Of a DNA stretch of 64,000 nucleotides, positions 1-14,353 are shown piece by piece. The notes under the pieces were generated by a model. It was given only the letters and a program-made list of their open reading frames with translations. It was not told the DNA's origin and ran no database searches. The position numbers and the translations under genes were made by a program. Origin of the DNA: Azolla caroliniana (taxonomy: Eukaryota > Plantae > Polypodiophyta); assembly GCA_043228905.1 (NCBI GenBank), contig JBHGNT010000003.1, positions 23,312,001 to 23,376,000 on the forward strand, in the 5' to 3' direction. The stretch's first letter is position 1. Each line of letters starts with the position of its first letter.

Positions 1-2045
1 AGCTAGCGATATAAACCAATACATTTACACTACTTAAAATATGAATTTAAAACTCCACAAATTTCAAAAAATTCGCTTGATTATTTTTCTTTAATGTTTT
101 TATCTTTGATTTTGTCTACTAGTCACCCTTTAGCCTCGTTGTTTTATTTTTTGGTGTAAACATTGATTATTGGTAGGCTCGTCACCCGTACAAGTATGCC
201 AAGTACTTGTTAAGAATTTAGAAAATAAGATTACTCAAAGAATTCACTGCCCCTACCTTTTTGTACTAGGTGCTTTTATTGCATAAGGGAGGATTAGTGT
301 TGAGCTTCGTAAGGCCAATTCAACATTTAGAGATAAATATCCTCTTAGGTTCATAAGGTTGGGTCGCCTCTAATATTTAGAGCCAAGTTGCCCCTTGCAT
401 GTAAGGTCATTTAGCGTACATTGGCCAATCAGATATGAGGTTGACTCACGTTATGTAAACATGTGTGTGTGCATTGCCCAAGTGGGATTGCGGGGCCATG
501 AACTTAGGAGGACGTCATGTCATGAGAAAGGTACTTACAACCTTCGTGGGGTGTTATTCTCATGTGACCGACCCAAATTTGTATTCCAAGGGGTGCTCAA
601 GCATTCCATGGGCGTGTGTGCATTCAAATGGGTGTGTGCCTTGTAGGGATGCATGAGCATCAAAAGAGTGCGTGTGCGGATTTGACTGCTTTCTGCTCTC
701 ACTCGAAACCGTGACCTGACGTGTTCAACAAAAATTACAACCAACAAATACTAGATTTAGAACCACACATGTTTGATTACAACATGAAATCATTTTTTGC
801 ATTGGTTGTGACGTAAAGGGATTATAAAGTAAATGAGAAAGATAAGGTATGAAGGAAGATATCGTGTTTTGGTGACCTGAGCTCACGATTGACAATACTC
901 TTGCCTCTCACTCTCTATCGCTCATACCCTAATCGATCCACCATACATTGTGTTTCTAATTGACCTAAATTACTACATTAGCACAAAAGTTCTCTCTTTT
1001 AGTTCACAACAAGAAACACCTTAAATGCCAAAACTTGAGGCCATAGAACAAGAACTTGCCAAAGTATAGGATTCTTTTCTTTGACTCTCATATTAGTGTA
1101 GGTATGTTAGACCCCATGCACACACTCAAATGGGGCAAGAGACTTTTGGACAAACCCCAAACCAAGATTGTATGAACAAATATTGCTGGGCAAACCTCTT
1201 TGCTTTGGGGATCCATAACATATTTGTAAGGCCAATGCATACCCATGATGGGGATCTAAAACAAAATCGGAACCCCATACTAGGGATTCTTCTATACTAT
1301 AAAACACTTCACAATTTTTGTAGTAGCTAAATGGTGTAGGCATTTTTTTGATGGCTATTCAATGATGACATATTTGTGACCTTTTATAGTCGGGCTCCCA
1401 ATACTAGGCATAACTACCAAAAATTTAATTTGGAAGGAACAATGTAGCAAGGAGTTCCTCCTATGGTTCCACCTTTGAAAGTCAAAAGACCACTAGGCTA
1501 TGTTGTACAAGAAAATATCAAACAATAGAACAACATAATAGCATGAGTGCCCTCACTTAACCAATGTCGATCTCCAATAAGGCCAAAACTCAATGACCAG
1601 CCAATACCCCCACATGGTGAGTGAGCGTCCAATAAAATAAAAGTATTACAAATGCCAATCAATATCGTTATGAGTAGGCATATACTATCTTTTTATGCCA
1701 ACCAAACCACCTCAAACTAACTCACATATCCAAGACCTAATGGATTAGTTTCAGCAAGAGCCCATGTTCCAAGGTTGTGTGAGAGGCTATATAGTCTCAA
1801 AATGGCCCAAAAAGGAAACAACAATGACTAAAGCTATTATTGGCCACCACATCTAATATAAAGGTAAATGTGGTCACTCTAGAGAATCACAAAATATCTA
1901 GAATAATAGGAGTGAAAACCTTCAAGTACAACTAAATGAAAATGTCGGCAAAGAACTATCTTCTTTCAAAAGGCTCATAGAAAACATGACTAATATAACT
2001 CCATATTAAATGTAGAAAAGCCAAGGATAAATTATAGTAAGGACA

Positions 2046-2515
2046 TGTAAGAGCACTACCCAATTGGTTGTGGTGCTCCCGTTCTGTCCCAATGGGGACA
2101 CAGTCCCAATTTGAATTGGGACTTACAAAAGGGGCCAATCCTAGTCCCGAAAGGGGCGCCACCCTAGGTTGGGACATCTAGTCCCAACGGCTAGCCCAAC
2201 GACCATATCTTGGCCCATATAAGGAGGAGCTTCTCCTCATTTTTGCTTATTCTTGACCTCTAAGTTCTACTCTCTCCCCTTGTAACCACTAAACACTCTA
2301 GTCCCTCAACATCTTTTTGGGAGGTTGTCCTTATGAGTCTTGGTTGAGTCTTGACTCGTCCAACCTTGTTTCTGGTTTTGTCCCAACTTGGGATTGTTGT
2401 AAGCTTGTGTCTCTTCATTATTCATATAACAAAAATCATCTTTTGGTCTCAATTTTGTTTGTGCCTACTCTGTTTTCATCCCCAGAACTCCACTCTATAT
2501 AAGAAGGTTCTATCA
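2046..2515 (+). mobile_element. Possible old LTR remnant
   Basis: TGTAAGA...TTCTATCA termini, internal TATAAGG box and repeated GTCCCA motifs; no TSD or partner LTR found. Confidence 0.25.
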
Positions 2516-2693
2516 CGTGCGTTCATGACATCATTTATAGACCACTTATACATATGTTTTTTACTATTTTAGAAACCCTTTTGTTAAAGAAAAAGATTAA
2601 TAAAAATACCCCTTATTGCCAATATAATTTTTGATAACCACCCATTTTAAATGCCCTTATATAAAAAATATACATGCACGTATAGTTTCCAAT

Positions 2694-3107
2694 TAACAGT
2701 CGGCAACGGTTCGGTTTGAACCGAACTGAGAAACCGCAACTTAACGGTTTAAATGGTTCTATTCGGTTTCAACACCTAGAAACCACGGGTTAAACAATTT
2801 AACGGTTAAAAAAAATTGTTTTTAAACAATCTTTTCATTTTCAGGCCTTATTTTCACATTTTAGGAAAATCTTTAAAATTTTGAAAATTTAAAATAATGA
2901 AATAATTTAATTTTAGAAATTAAAAAAAATTGAAAATTGACCTAACTTGAAAATTGAAACCGAACCACGAAACTGTGGTTTTAATAGTTTAATGGTTTGA
3001 ATTTTTTTTAACGATTCGGTTTAACGGTTTTGGGTTTGGGTTAGGTTCAGGTTTCAAAAATTTTAAACTGTTCGGTTTTGACCCTCTCAAACCGTTGCCG
3101 ATTGTTA
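2694..3107. mobile_element. hAT-family MITE
   Basis: 18-bp TIR TAACAGTCGGCAACGGTT / AACCGTTGCCGATTGTTA (1 mismatch); perfect 8-bp TSD TTTCCAAT at 2686-2693 and 3108-3115; many subterminal AACCG/CGGTT motifs. Confidence 0.88.
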
Positions 3108-3633
3108 TTTCCAATCCAAGAAACCTATAAAAGGGATCCACGACCCTCTTTAGAATTGATGACAAACAAATTGTTGAAAGAACATTAAACATCATATGAA
3201 AATTCCTAGAGATGTTTTATCAAGTACCACGTAAATTAAAAACACAATGTGTAAAGCATAAAGTAATACACATAAGTTAGGAAACATTACCCAAAAACAT
3301 TAGAGGTATAACATATATAAGCCACATATAAGTTCATGTCTATAGTTTATTGAGACATATGAAAAATGTAAAGTGATAAAAAAGAATGTAATTTACAAAA
3401 AAATCAATATTGAACTTGACATACATATCTCGAAGAGCACACATGGGACAATCCAAATGCATATCAATAATGAAATTACTAACAAATTATCATTATGTTT
3501 GGTTTCATGGATAGAATCATAAGAAGCCACTACATTATTTTTTCCCAAACATGTTGATCAAACAAATGGCAACACATTTTATATTTCCATTTGAAATGTA
3601 AGACATCATCTATGCACATATTTCTTACCTTTA

Positions 3634-5437
3634 TTTTTTTTTTTCCAAAAAAACACTACTTCGCATTAGTTAGCAAACAAAATTACATCATAGAACACCC
3701 AAAGTTCCTCTCACCAGCCCTCACTCTAGCCTTCCCACCAAAGTGGACATAGTCCCCACCTCATTTTCAACAAACGTATCCAAACAAATCCAATAACCTA
3801 ATAATTTGTACCATATCTATACAGATTTACAGCACCTAGACGCTGTTGGAAACCGGAAACAGCCATCGGGGTGCTTGGTAGTTCCATTGAGGCCCTGATG
3901 ATGATTTGCCCACCATAGGAGAATTACCCCATTTCAGCAAGAACTTTGATCGAGATCTTTCAGCTGCATCAGATTCCCCCTTAATTGAGTCGTATCGTCC
4001 CCGCAGCCAAGATACCAACTCAAACCAGATATTTAATAATATCTCACCGCTAGGGATCTTTTGTTGTTGAAAAACAAATTTACAACGGTTGGTCCAAATG
4101 TGCCAGACCGATAAACAAGACACCATCATCCATATCTCTTCAAAAAATTCTGAGTTAGTGCCATGTCGAACTCCAGCCCGTTGAAACACCTTGCCATCCT
4201 GCACTATAAAACCATGTCCGTGGGGGTTTAACTGTTCAGCCCAGCCTTCCCTTGTTAACTTCAGCCCTTGTACAGACCCCCATACAACTCTCCCATTCAC
4301 TCCGCATGCTGCCACTATCCTGAGACTTCTACCCCAAATGTTAATAGCCTCGCTGCAATTCCAAAAACAATGAGGAATTGATTCCAAAGGGTGTCCACAA
4401 CTTTTGCACCCAGCCTCACCACCACGACACCTAAGCCACTCCCCCACCGGCACCGCTTTGTGACTAAGAAGCCACAACCAAAGCTTTATTTTTTCTGGCA
4501 TATCGAGCGCCCATAGCCTCCTCCAAAACGACTTCAACCAGTCATCAGAAATGCCTTTATCCTTCCAACTATTACGAGTTAGGCCAGCACCCATCAATTT
4601 AGAGCCAATGATTTGCCTTCCTAGCTTGGTAGTGTACTCGAAAAACCGTTCAAGTTTGTCCGTTCCCGGTTTCTGCCACCACACCTCTAGTGGATCCCAA
4701 TCTAGATCACATATGGGCTTGTTGTCAACTATCCAGAGTTTACGATCAGATTCCAGCTTCCCTTCTTACCACTTCTTACCTTCCAACATTGCCACTCGCA
4801 CTGCCAACCACTGGCCATTGTCTGCCAAAGCACTTAGGTTGCCCCACAAACGATACTCATTAGATGGGCACCTGCCTCGGATAATTTGTGCATCGCCCTC
4901 ACCTACAAACCACCCAAACCAGACCCCCTCTTCTTCATTCAGCCTAGCTAGACCATCAACAACCTTATCTATCAAGTGGGTAACCTTTTCCAGCCTGCCG
5001 GTAAATCTAGGACTTCCAACCAGACCCTCCCTTCTTCTCCTTTTGAACTCCTCCCAGTCTCTTACTGAACTAACATTGTACCCTACCATTTTTCCCCATG
5101 ACAAGTATTTTTTTTGACCAAGCATCATACCATCATCACTTCGAATCCTGGGGTTCCAAAACAGAGGTTGACGGAGTTGTTCCTCCATTGTTTTTGGCTG
5201 CATTAAGACCAGCCCCTCTCTTAAACTTGACCAGGCCCTCATTATGGTGCGGGCCACCCTATCCTCCATGCTAGTAGGTTCTTTTAACGTTAGGCTTGGA
5301 CTGAACAACCACCACATCTTTGCCTTCCAAGGGCCGCCATTCCTCGGACTCCAGAGTTCAGCTCTGTCTCTAAGAAGCAATTTCCACAATTCTGGTCCAG
5401 GTTGGAGACTTTGCACCAAGAGCTTACCAAGTAAACC
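3634..5437 (-). mobile_element. 5'-truncated L1-clade LINE (3' part of ORF2)
   Basis: Poly(A) on minus strand (T run 3634-3644); 17-bp TSD CATATTTCTTACCTTTA at 3617-3633 and 5438-5454; zf-RVT motifs FWRRLW..PEKIKLWLW, CxxC-HCFWNC, WHIWTNRC. Confidence 0.92.
3836..5437 (-). pseudogene. LINE ORF2 C-terminal region with zf-RVT domain
   Basis: ORFs 4766..5458 and 3836..4684 share one frame, separated by a single TAA at 4766-4768. Confidence 0.85.
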
Positions 5438-5917
5438 CATATTTCTTACCTTTATCAAAATGAGATAAAATTAATCATTTTGTTATTCAATGTCTACTTT
5501 CCATTTTCAATATTGGAGCTATATTATAGCCCTACCATCACTCAACACCCTCTCCACATCTTTGGTTCGTTTCACACTTTCTTCTTGAATCTCAACAATA
5601 TGATTTGTCGTGGAGGATGAAACTTGTTGCTCACTTCTTTTTGAGTAGTCAAATAGGGCTTGAGGAAAAGCAAAAGTTGCCCTCTAAATGAAGTCTAAAT
5701 GAAGAAACTATTTTTTGAATTAATCCACAACATTGCCATCAGACAAGCAATCATATAAACATGGTTGACCACTAGTGACAAGTAACTATTTTAAATAATA
5801 TATGTAACTTGTTTGTATGTATGTACGTAGATTTGTAATACATATAATATGTTATTTTACGTATTAATGTGTATGTGTATGTGTATATATATATAATATA
5901 ATATGTAATTTATTTAT

Positions 5918-6230
5918 GGGAAAAGTACCATGATACCCTTGGAAGTTCGTCTATTTACCAAAATGCCCCTGGAAGTTCCAAATTCACCAAACTACCCCTA
6001 TGTCCAAAAAATTACACTTTATAAAGTAATTATACACTCAAATCTTTAGTAAATAGGGCTAGTTCGGGTCCATTTCTTCCATCTTTGGTAAATAGGGCTT
6101 GTAGATTTGAGTGTATAATTACTTTATAAAGTGTAATTTTCTGGACATAGGGGTAGTTTGGTAAATTTGGAACTTCCAGGGGCATTATGGTAAATAGACG
6201 AACTTCCAAGGGTATCTTGGTACTTTTCCC
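5918..6230. mobile_element. Mutator-like foldback MITE
   Basis: About 127-bp near-perfect TIRs starting GGGAAAAGTACCA; 9-bp TSD TTTATTTAT at 5909-5917 and 6231-6239. Confidence 0.9.
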
Positions 6231-6262
6231 TTTATTTATTTATGTATATTTTTTTGTGTTTG

Positions 6263-6298
<36 letters not shown>

Positions 6299-6534
6299 AT
6301 ATAATTGTGAATTTGTGTTTATAATAATATATGTGTGTAATATGTAATATGTAATTTTTATGTATGTACTATGGATATATGTATGTCAATATATATGGTT
6401 GATTATAATATGTATGTAGCGTATATGTGCTTATATATGTAGTATGTAATGTATTTATGTATGTGTATGTACATATTTACATATGGTAATATATATTTGT
6501 ACATATATTTATGTTTAGTCAGTATGGATGTATA

Positions 6535-7778
6535 CAGTAGACATTCGGTTAAGTGTGCACTTTGAACGCAAGGAAGAAGTGCACACTTAACCGAGCTGCG
6601 CACTTAGGGGTTTTCTGAAACATTTTAGGGTTTTTTGGAAATTTTTAGGGTTTTCTGAAATATTTTCCTTCTGTATGCTAATCATACAATTCTTGATAAG
6701 AAAAGTGATAAATTTATGTGATAAATTGACCTAAAACGTTTCTAGTTCCACCATTCATACTTTTCAATTTCTTTCTCTCAAACATTTTAGGGTTTTTGGG
6801 AAATTTTTAGGGTTTTCTGAAATATTTTTCCTTCTGTATGCTAATCATACAATTCTTGATAAGAAAAGTGATCAATTTATGTGTTAAATTAACCTAAAAT
6901 GTTTCTAGTTTCACCATACACACTCTTCAATTTCTTTCTCGATTCTAGATGGTATTTGTCTTTTTGCTACATCTGAGAAATACATCCATTATGCAACAAA
7001 CCTAATGAGCTTCCTTGGATGCATCATGCGATGGGATTTTTTCTTGCGTTTTCTTCCTAGTGGCAGCAAGTTTGAGGAATTGAAGTACAGATGGAGGAGA
7101 CAAGAAAAGAGAGAGGGGGAGCAACAGATAAATCACCGACTGCAACTTTTGTCATCTAAACAAGATGCACAGAAAGAGAGAGGGAGGGAGAGAGGCTTTC
7201 TTCATGCAAGAAAAGAGCACACACAGATGTGATACAGGCACACACAGAAAGAGAAGGAGAACAGATGGATATGTTGCGCGTGGAGAAGGAGAGCTCACGT
7301 TCACAGCCAATTGCTACAAAACTTGACTATTCACGATCATCAAGATTTGTTTTCCATTCTTTGCTTATGTTCTTTAATCAAGAATCAAAATCACAGATTT
7401 GTAATCGTAACACACACACGCACACACACACACATGTAGAACACATGACACACATGACATACCCACAGAAACTCCTTTCGTTGTTTTCTTAATGTTTGGA
7501 CTCGCTCTCGTTACCATAACACTTCTTGGTTCCTATGTGACTAAACTTGTGGGATGTCCTTGTAATCGTAAACACACACATATGACACACACATAGACAT
7601 ACCCACAGAAGCTCCTTTCGTTGTTTTCTGAATGTTTGGAACATAGTTTTAACTTGGTTTGATGTAATTTCGTCATGAAACAATGTAATTTTTTTGATCC
7701 GGATTTTGACCACTAAAAAAAGCGCACTTAATAGAATGGTGCACTTATGTGGGCACACACTTAACCGAATGTCTACTG
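6535..7778. mobile_element. Non-autonomous Tc1/mariner (pogo-like) DNA transposon
   Basis: Perfect 23-bp TIR CAGTAGACATTCGGTTAAGTGTG, TA TSD, subterminal GCACTTA repeats, internal tandem duplications, no transposase ORF. Confidence 0.85.
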
Positions 7779-8797
7779 TAAATGGGTGTAATATATGTAT
7801 ATACATATTCATGGATGTATTGTTTGAATGTATGTATTTATGCATATGTATGTATGTATGTATGTATGTATGCTACCTTAAATTTGAGTATTGTTTGCAT
7901 AATATATTCTTTATCATCTAATTGAAATATCTAATATTTCATGGGTTTATGTAAATAAACATTTCTAGCATAATTGATGAAATACCCTTATATAAATATA
8001 TTTTCAAATATTTATTAATACCCTTATATATATACATTTTGTATCTCAATGCCTAATTTAAACCCCTTTTGATGAACTCACATGCTATCATACAATGTTT
8101 GATAGAGAAGCCCCTAGGGTTTTTGTGCATTTTGAGACCCCATAATCTAGGGGCATAACATGGTTGTGTATCCCAACTTTGTAAAGGTATTCCTAAATAA
8201 TCAAGAGTATGTGATTCTTCTCCAACACAAACAAAAGCACATAACTACTTAAGTTGGTACCTCTCATGACGCATGACCTAAACCTTTTGGTACAAGGTGG
8301 GAACATCATCGAAGCTCGACTCAAGCCCAACGTTACGGAGGAAACGTGTTTGGATGAACATGGTGATTGGCACGTTGCTCACGTCAAGCATCTTAGGAAG
8401 ATAAGTGAAGATGCATGCAAAAGAGAAAAGCGAGGTGCATGCCAGAAAAAGGGAAAAGAGAGCTCATTGTTGGGGGTGAAATTTTGGTACAAGGTGGAAA
8501 TGCTATTGAAAGTCTACTTGAGCCTAGAATCGCGAATGAAGAGGGCATTCAGAACTGACGACGACAAAAGGTGACGAAGTTGTAACTTATGGGTCCACTA
8601 AACCAAAACTCCAAGGTCTCCTCTTGAAGTTTATTCTTATTTATATACTTCTATTTTACCTACTTATTGCCAGATAAGCCACTCCTTGTAATTGGAGTAG
8701 ATGTTTCATCACGTTGTATCTTATTCAAGTTGTAAACTTTAGATGTAATATGTTCTTTTAATATCTATATTAAATTAAATTTTGTAATCCTATGATC

Positions 8798-9365
8798 TGT
8801 TGGGAAACATGTCCCTCCGGATGGGAAGAGAAGTACCGTGTTGGCGAGTATCTCGGCCGAGGCCGAAACTGAAACCGAAAACTAAAATCGAAACCGAAAT
8901 TGAAATCGAAAATGAAAACCGAAATTCTTTCGGAAGACTATAATTGTAAATAGTCTAAAGTGCCCATTGTGGGCTATACTTGTAAATAGCTAGAAAGTTG
9001 TTTTTGTTTATAAGCAACTAGGGCAAACTTTAGTAAGTATGTAGTTGTTCATTATTGTAAAGTTAGAACGAGGTAGTTGCCTCTGTAACCATGAGCGAGA
9101 GAGCGAGAGTGTAACTCTGTAGCCGTCTGTCAAACGACGGAGAACTCGAGGTCGTTTCCTCCGAGTTCCGTATTTGTACTTCCTCTCTACCATAGTGATA
9201 TGTTTTTCTCGGGGTTTGTGGACCCCTGTGGTTTTTCCCATTTCGAGTTTTCCATGTAAAATATCGGTGTCTCTGTGTCTTCACGTTTTTCGTCTGTGTA
9301 CTAATTCTTGGCTTCTGCACACGAACACAAACGTGTAACCGGCTGTGGCCGGTTGATTCCTAACA
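8798..9365 (+). mobile_element. Copia (Tork-like) solo LTR
   Basis: TGTTGGGAA...TTCCTAACA; TSD TGATC/CGATC; shares GTCCCTCCGGATGGGA start with the LTRs at 14354 and 41850. Confidence 0.8.
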
Positions 9366-10884
9366 CGATCCAATGTAAATCTTGATCGAACAAGGATCAC
9401 AATTTGCTAACTAATGCGAAGTAGTTGTTTTTTGGAAAAAATAAGTCCACATGATCTCAATATTAGAGTTGGCAATTACGGTAATGGGAGTTAAAATTTA
9501 ATAGATTGACTCTTTGCTGGATTTTTCAACTAAAAAATCCAAGCATGGAGTGCGAGGATACGAGAAATTTGCTCAAATTTGACAAAAATCGATTCTCAAT
9601 ATTTCATATCAAAGGATTCACAACCCGGACACGATGGGGTCGTGAAGAGGGTTGCAATGAATTTTTTTGACTAGAACTCTGACTTTTGATTGAAAAGTTA
9701 CGAGGAAACAATTTCATACGATGAGATTCGAACCCAACACACTAACTGAGAGCTGGCATTTTGTCCGTTGGACAATGCCTGAAATTGTAATTTTTTACAA
9801 GTTAATTTTCTTTCTTTTTCTTGCCACCTCTTTTTCCTTGAATCAAGGAAACCTCATTCGACCTTTCCCCTTGAATTGAGGAAAGCTCATTCAAGATTTC
9901 ACGTGAATTGAAGCTCAAAGTGTTGGAAATGAGGTTGTCAGTGGAAGGGTTTACAACACCACATTGTGTGCTAATAGACAATAGTTTGATGGATATGAAA
10001 CAATGAACAGAAGTACCTAAAGAAACTTGCAACAAGAGGGAGAGAGAGAGAGGAGAGAGAGGGAAAAATAGAGAGGCACAAAAATACAACTGTATCATTC
10101 AAAAATGGTAATTACAACATCAACGTACAAACTAGTTACACAATCGGTTATATACTAACTAAACTAGGGCAAATGCCCTTTATGTTATTTACAAAAATAG
10201 CCTAATCTAGTTTGTCCAATGGGATAATGTGAATATGTCCATCATATTATGACCGTATTCGACAAGTCTTCCCTGTAATTGGCGTATTACAAAGAATCTA
10301 TAAAAGAATAAGACAAATGATATACATAAAACAAGATAATTCTATACTAAGACTTCTATCATAGTTGGGCAGAAATTTGTTACAGTCCCATCAACTCCCG
10401 AATCGGTCGAGCAGAAATCATCTCCACGTTGTGCATTTGGCATTTGGAGCTCAACCTTAGATTTCCGCGTGGAGGTATATCGTTTTCTTTGCTTTTTCTT
10501 CACTACCTACTCTTCTACTTAAGTGTTTGCAATGGTCTTCATCATCACCAAGCTCGTTATGCGTGGATGGTTTCGTGAAGGAATTCGACTCGCTTGAGTA
10601 CCTGTTGTTAGAAGGGAGCATGAGCACGAGGAAGCACAAGGACACTACTCCAACACCAAACCGTTGATTTGATAACTCAAGCGTCAATCGTTTTCCCCAT
10701 TGTTCAAGAAGCGGAGTTCCGTATCATGAAATTTCTCCTCTTCATGGTTGTCGAGCTTGTTCATTAATCATTTTGATATCTCAGATATGGATATTTGTTA
10801 GCCTCCCTCCTATCTCAAATTTTATGTTTTTCTAATCACGAAACTGCTTACATCAAATTTGAAGCGTAGTTCGTGTTACTGAAA

Positions 10885-11011
10885 TCAAGGTGAACAACAT
10901 TAGTTACAGAATCCTATATTCAGCTTTGTCTATATCCTGCTTCTTACTTTATCTCTTAGTATCCTACCTTTTGCCTAACTCCGGTTAGCTCTACTCTATT
11001 TGTTAGTGACA
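10885..11011 (+). repeat. R-U5 fragment of the old chromovirus LTR family
   Basis: Similar to 11300-11435 (TCAAGGTGAACAAC...TGACA). Confidence 0.6.
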
Positions 11012-14000
11012 CCGTCATGGATATGACGACAATCATGTCATGATTTGAACTTTTGACCTATTGTACTATAATCAATTGATATGCTTTAACCTAGTTGAAC
11101 ACATCCAATACATGGTTATATTACCTTAGTATATTATTAATAGATTATCCATTCCATGTAGTAGGAGATTTTAGAAGCTTCCAAAAAGCTCTAGAAGTTG
11201 GAACATTCCATAAGCTTGTGCATGAAAATGAGTCTTTGCATGGAACTGCATTTAGAGCCCACAAACATGTATAAATACACAGGTTCACCTTGACCCTATT
11301 CAAGGTGAACAACGCCAGTTACAGAATCTAATATTTTGCTTGTCTAAATCTTGCGTCTTTGCTTCTCTCTATCTATCTCTTAATATCTTACCTTTCACCT
11401 AGCTCTGTTTTGCTCTACTCTATCTATCCATGACAGTTTGTTCACCGTCCAACTCCAAAGCCTCATGATGCCAAATTCTACCGAGAGAATAAATCAACTA
11501 TTGGAATCCATGCCAACTTCAACTGGAAAATGAGAATATTTGAGAATCCCTCCAGAAACTCCAAGGTAGTAGTCCAATGGAACAGGAGACCAAATAAATC
11601 AAGTCCTCTCCTACATCAAAGAATCTCCCGTCTGTAGAGTGTTAAGATATTGGATCGTAAAATCGACAAGAAGGATAGACTCGAATGTTGTACATAATAG
11701 AAAACAAAAGAACAACAAAATAGAAAGAATACACACAGTACACCAAATTTACGCGGAAACTCTAAAATAGGGGAAAACAACGGGGCAACAGATCTTCACT
11801 ATATGACAGAAGTACAAGAACAAAAACAGATTACAAAGATTTCAAGCTTTCTTGGTGAATCCCTTTCTAGGGTTTGGGCAAGTTCCACTAAACTATACCG
11901 CCACTCACTCACACTCTCTATTTCTCCACTTCTGCACTTAGCTATCAACACTGTTATGCACAATTCTACACTATTGTGTTCTACCACATACACATATATA
12001 GTTTTGCCCTAGCTCCACATATTTATAGAAGGGAATAAGTTATTATTAAATAGTAATAATAACAGTTAATCAACCGACTGATTGACTTGATTGTTTGACA
12101 CACAAGTCAATAATCTAGTCGATTCACCTATCTGACTCCTATGTCGACTATCTAGTCAATTCGACTAGCAGACTTTGTCATCGACCATCCGGTCGGCCCG
12201 ACTAGTCAACTCTTCATTTCCTTCACTCAGTCAACTACCAAGTCGACTTGTTGGTCGATCTGGCCGACAAACCCGATTTCGACTGCCAAATTTCCCAATC
12301 GATTGCCAACTTCTCCCATTAGGAGGGACAAAATCCTAACAAACTCCCCCTTCACTCCTGTAGGGAGAGTTAACCAATCCCGTCTTCTGTTGACAGACTC
12401 TGAGTCTGTCCATAGGTAGGTTTTTCGTGAGCATGTCGGATTGATTGTCATCAGTATGGATCTTCACAAGGGTAAACTCCTCTTCATCCACCCTCTCTCA
12501 TAACCAGTGATACCTTCTCTATATATGCTTTGTCTGAGAGTGGTAAGGAGCGTTCGGCTAGATGTATGGCACTCAGATTGTCGAGTAAGAATTTTTCTTG
12601 CTTCATTCCTAGTTCACTGAGAAAAAATTTCATCCATGTTAGCTCCTTTCCAGCCTCTATTGCAGCCATATATTCTACCTCTATGGTTGACAAAGCCACA
12701 ACTTTATGCAATCTCGACTGCAATGACACTGCTCCCCCTACATAGGTCATCACATAACCTAATGTGGATCGACTGGAATCTACATCCCTCGACATGTCTG
12801 AGTCGGTGAAACCTTCGAGCATAGGTTTTTTCCGAAACCATACTTAAGGCATACCCTTGAGGTGCCTTTCAAATACTTGAGTATCCATTTCACAACTACC
12901 CAATGTTCTCTTCATGGATTACTCATATCTCGGCTTATTGTTCCGATTGCAAATGCTATGTCTGGTCTCATACAAACCATAGCATACATTAAGCTATTGA
13001 TGGCCGAGGCATATGGCACTTTCCTCATCTCAGCCTTGTCCTGTTTGGTTTTCGGACATTGCCTTGCATTCAACTTGCAATTTGCCAGCAATGCATAACC
13101 TATTGGTTTTGCTTTTGACATGTTAAATCTTTCTAAAACCTTTGTCACATACTTCTCTTGTGACAGCCATAGCACATTCTTAGTTCTTTCTTGAACTATG
13201 TGCATCCCCAAGATTTGCTTTGCCGGTCCAAGATCTTTCACGGCAAACGACTTGCCTAGACTTGCTTACTTCAGGCTCAGAATCTTCTTGGTGTCCCTTC
13301 CAACCACTAATATGTCATCCACATATAGTAAGAGAATCACGAAGTCGCCTTCATTATACCTTTTGACAAACACATAGTGACCAACTCGTGTTTTATGGAA
13401 TCCATGTTCCAACATGAAGGATTCGAACTTCTTATACCATTGGCGTGGATCTTGCTTCAGACCATACAAGCTTTTCTTCAATCAACACACCAGATTCTCT
13501 TTTACTTTCTTCATAAAACCTTCGAGTTACTGATATAGATCTCTTCATCTAATTTCCCATGCAAGAATGTTGTTTTGACATCCAATTGCTCTATTTCCAG
13601 ATTCATATTGGCAGCAATGCTCAAAACAGTCCAGATTGATTTCATCTTTAGGACTGATGCAAATATCTCATCAAAATCGTCCCTCTTCTTCTGCTGAAAC
13701 CCCTTCACTAAGATTCGGGCTTTGTATTTGGGCGAGCTGCCATCTTCCCCATTTTTTAGCTTGATGACCCATTTGTTTCTCAGGGCTCTCTTACCTTTCG
13801 GTAGCTCCACCAAGTCTTAGGTGTAATTTTCATGCAAGGAGTTCATTTCATCTTGCATTGCACTCTACCTCTCCTCCTTGTGCTCATCTGCAATGGCTTC
13901 TTCGTAACATTCTATCTCATCTTCATCAGTCAATAGAACATATTGACTAGAGTATTGAGAAGGTGCTCTCCTTTGTCGTAGTGGATATCTTCCACTGAGT

Positions 14001-14353
14001 CCCATGCTTGGCTCAGGTTCAGATGTCTCTACTAACTCTTCACCCGGCTTAGGTTCATACATGTTGACCGATGTTGTGATGGATTCCAGACATAGGAGGA
14101 AAACAGAGCCGGATACGTGTGAACAGGGGTGTGCACAGATGCACACGGAAATAGTCTCTGTGTACAAACGTGTGTAAATAGTATAGTGTTAGTATAAGTG
14201 TTGAGGAATATTAGGTAGTAGTGATTCGATAGGTACTTTTTAAAGGCCACACACATAGAGAATAATAATAATAATATATGATGGAGGGAATCGAGGGAAA
14301 TCTCTGCCCAAAGCGGATGTCTTTATTGGTGATGTAATAGCCTCCCCTTGTTC

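Noticed and set aside
8855-8925. CRISPR-like or minisatellite array
   Set aside because: Degenerate GAAACC hexamers within an LTR; no spacers, eukaryotic context
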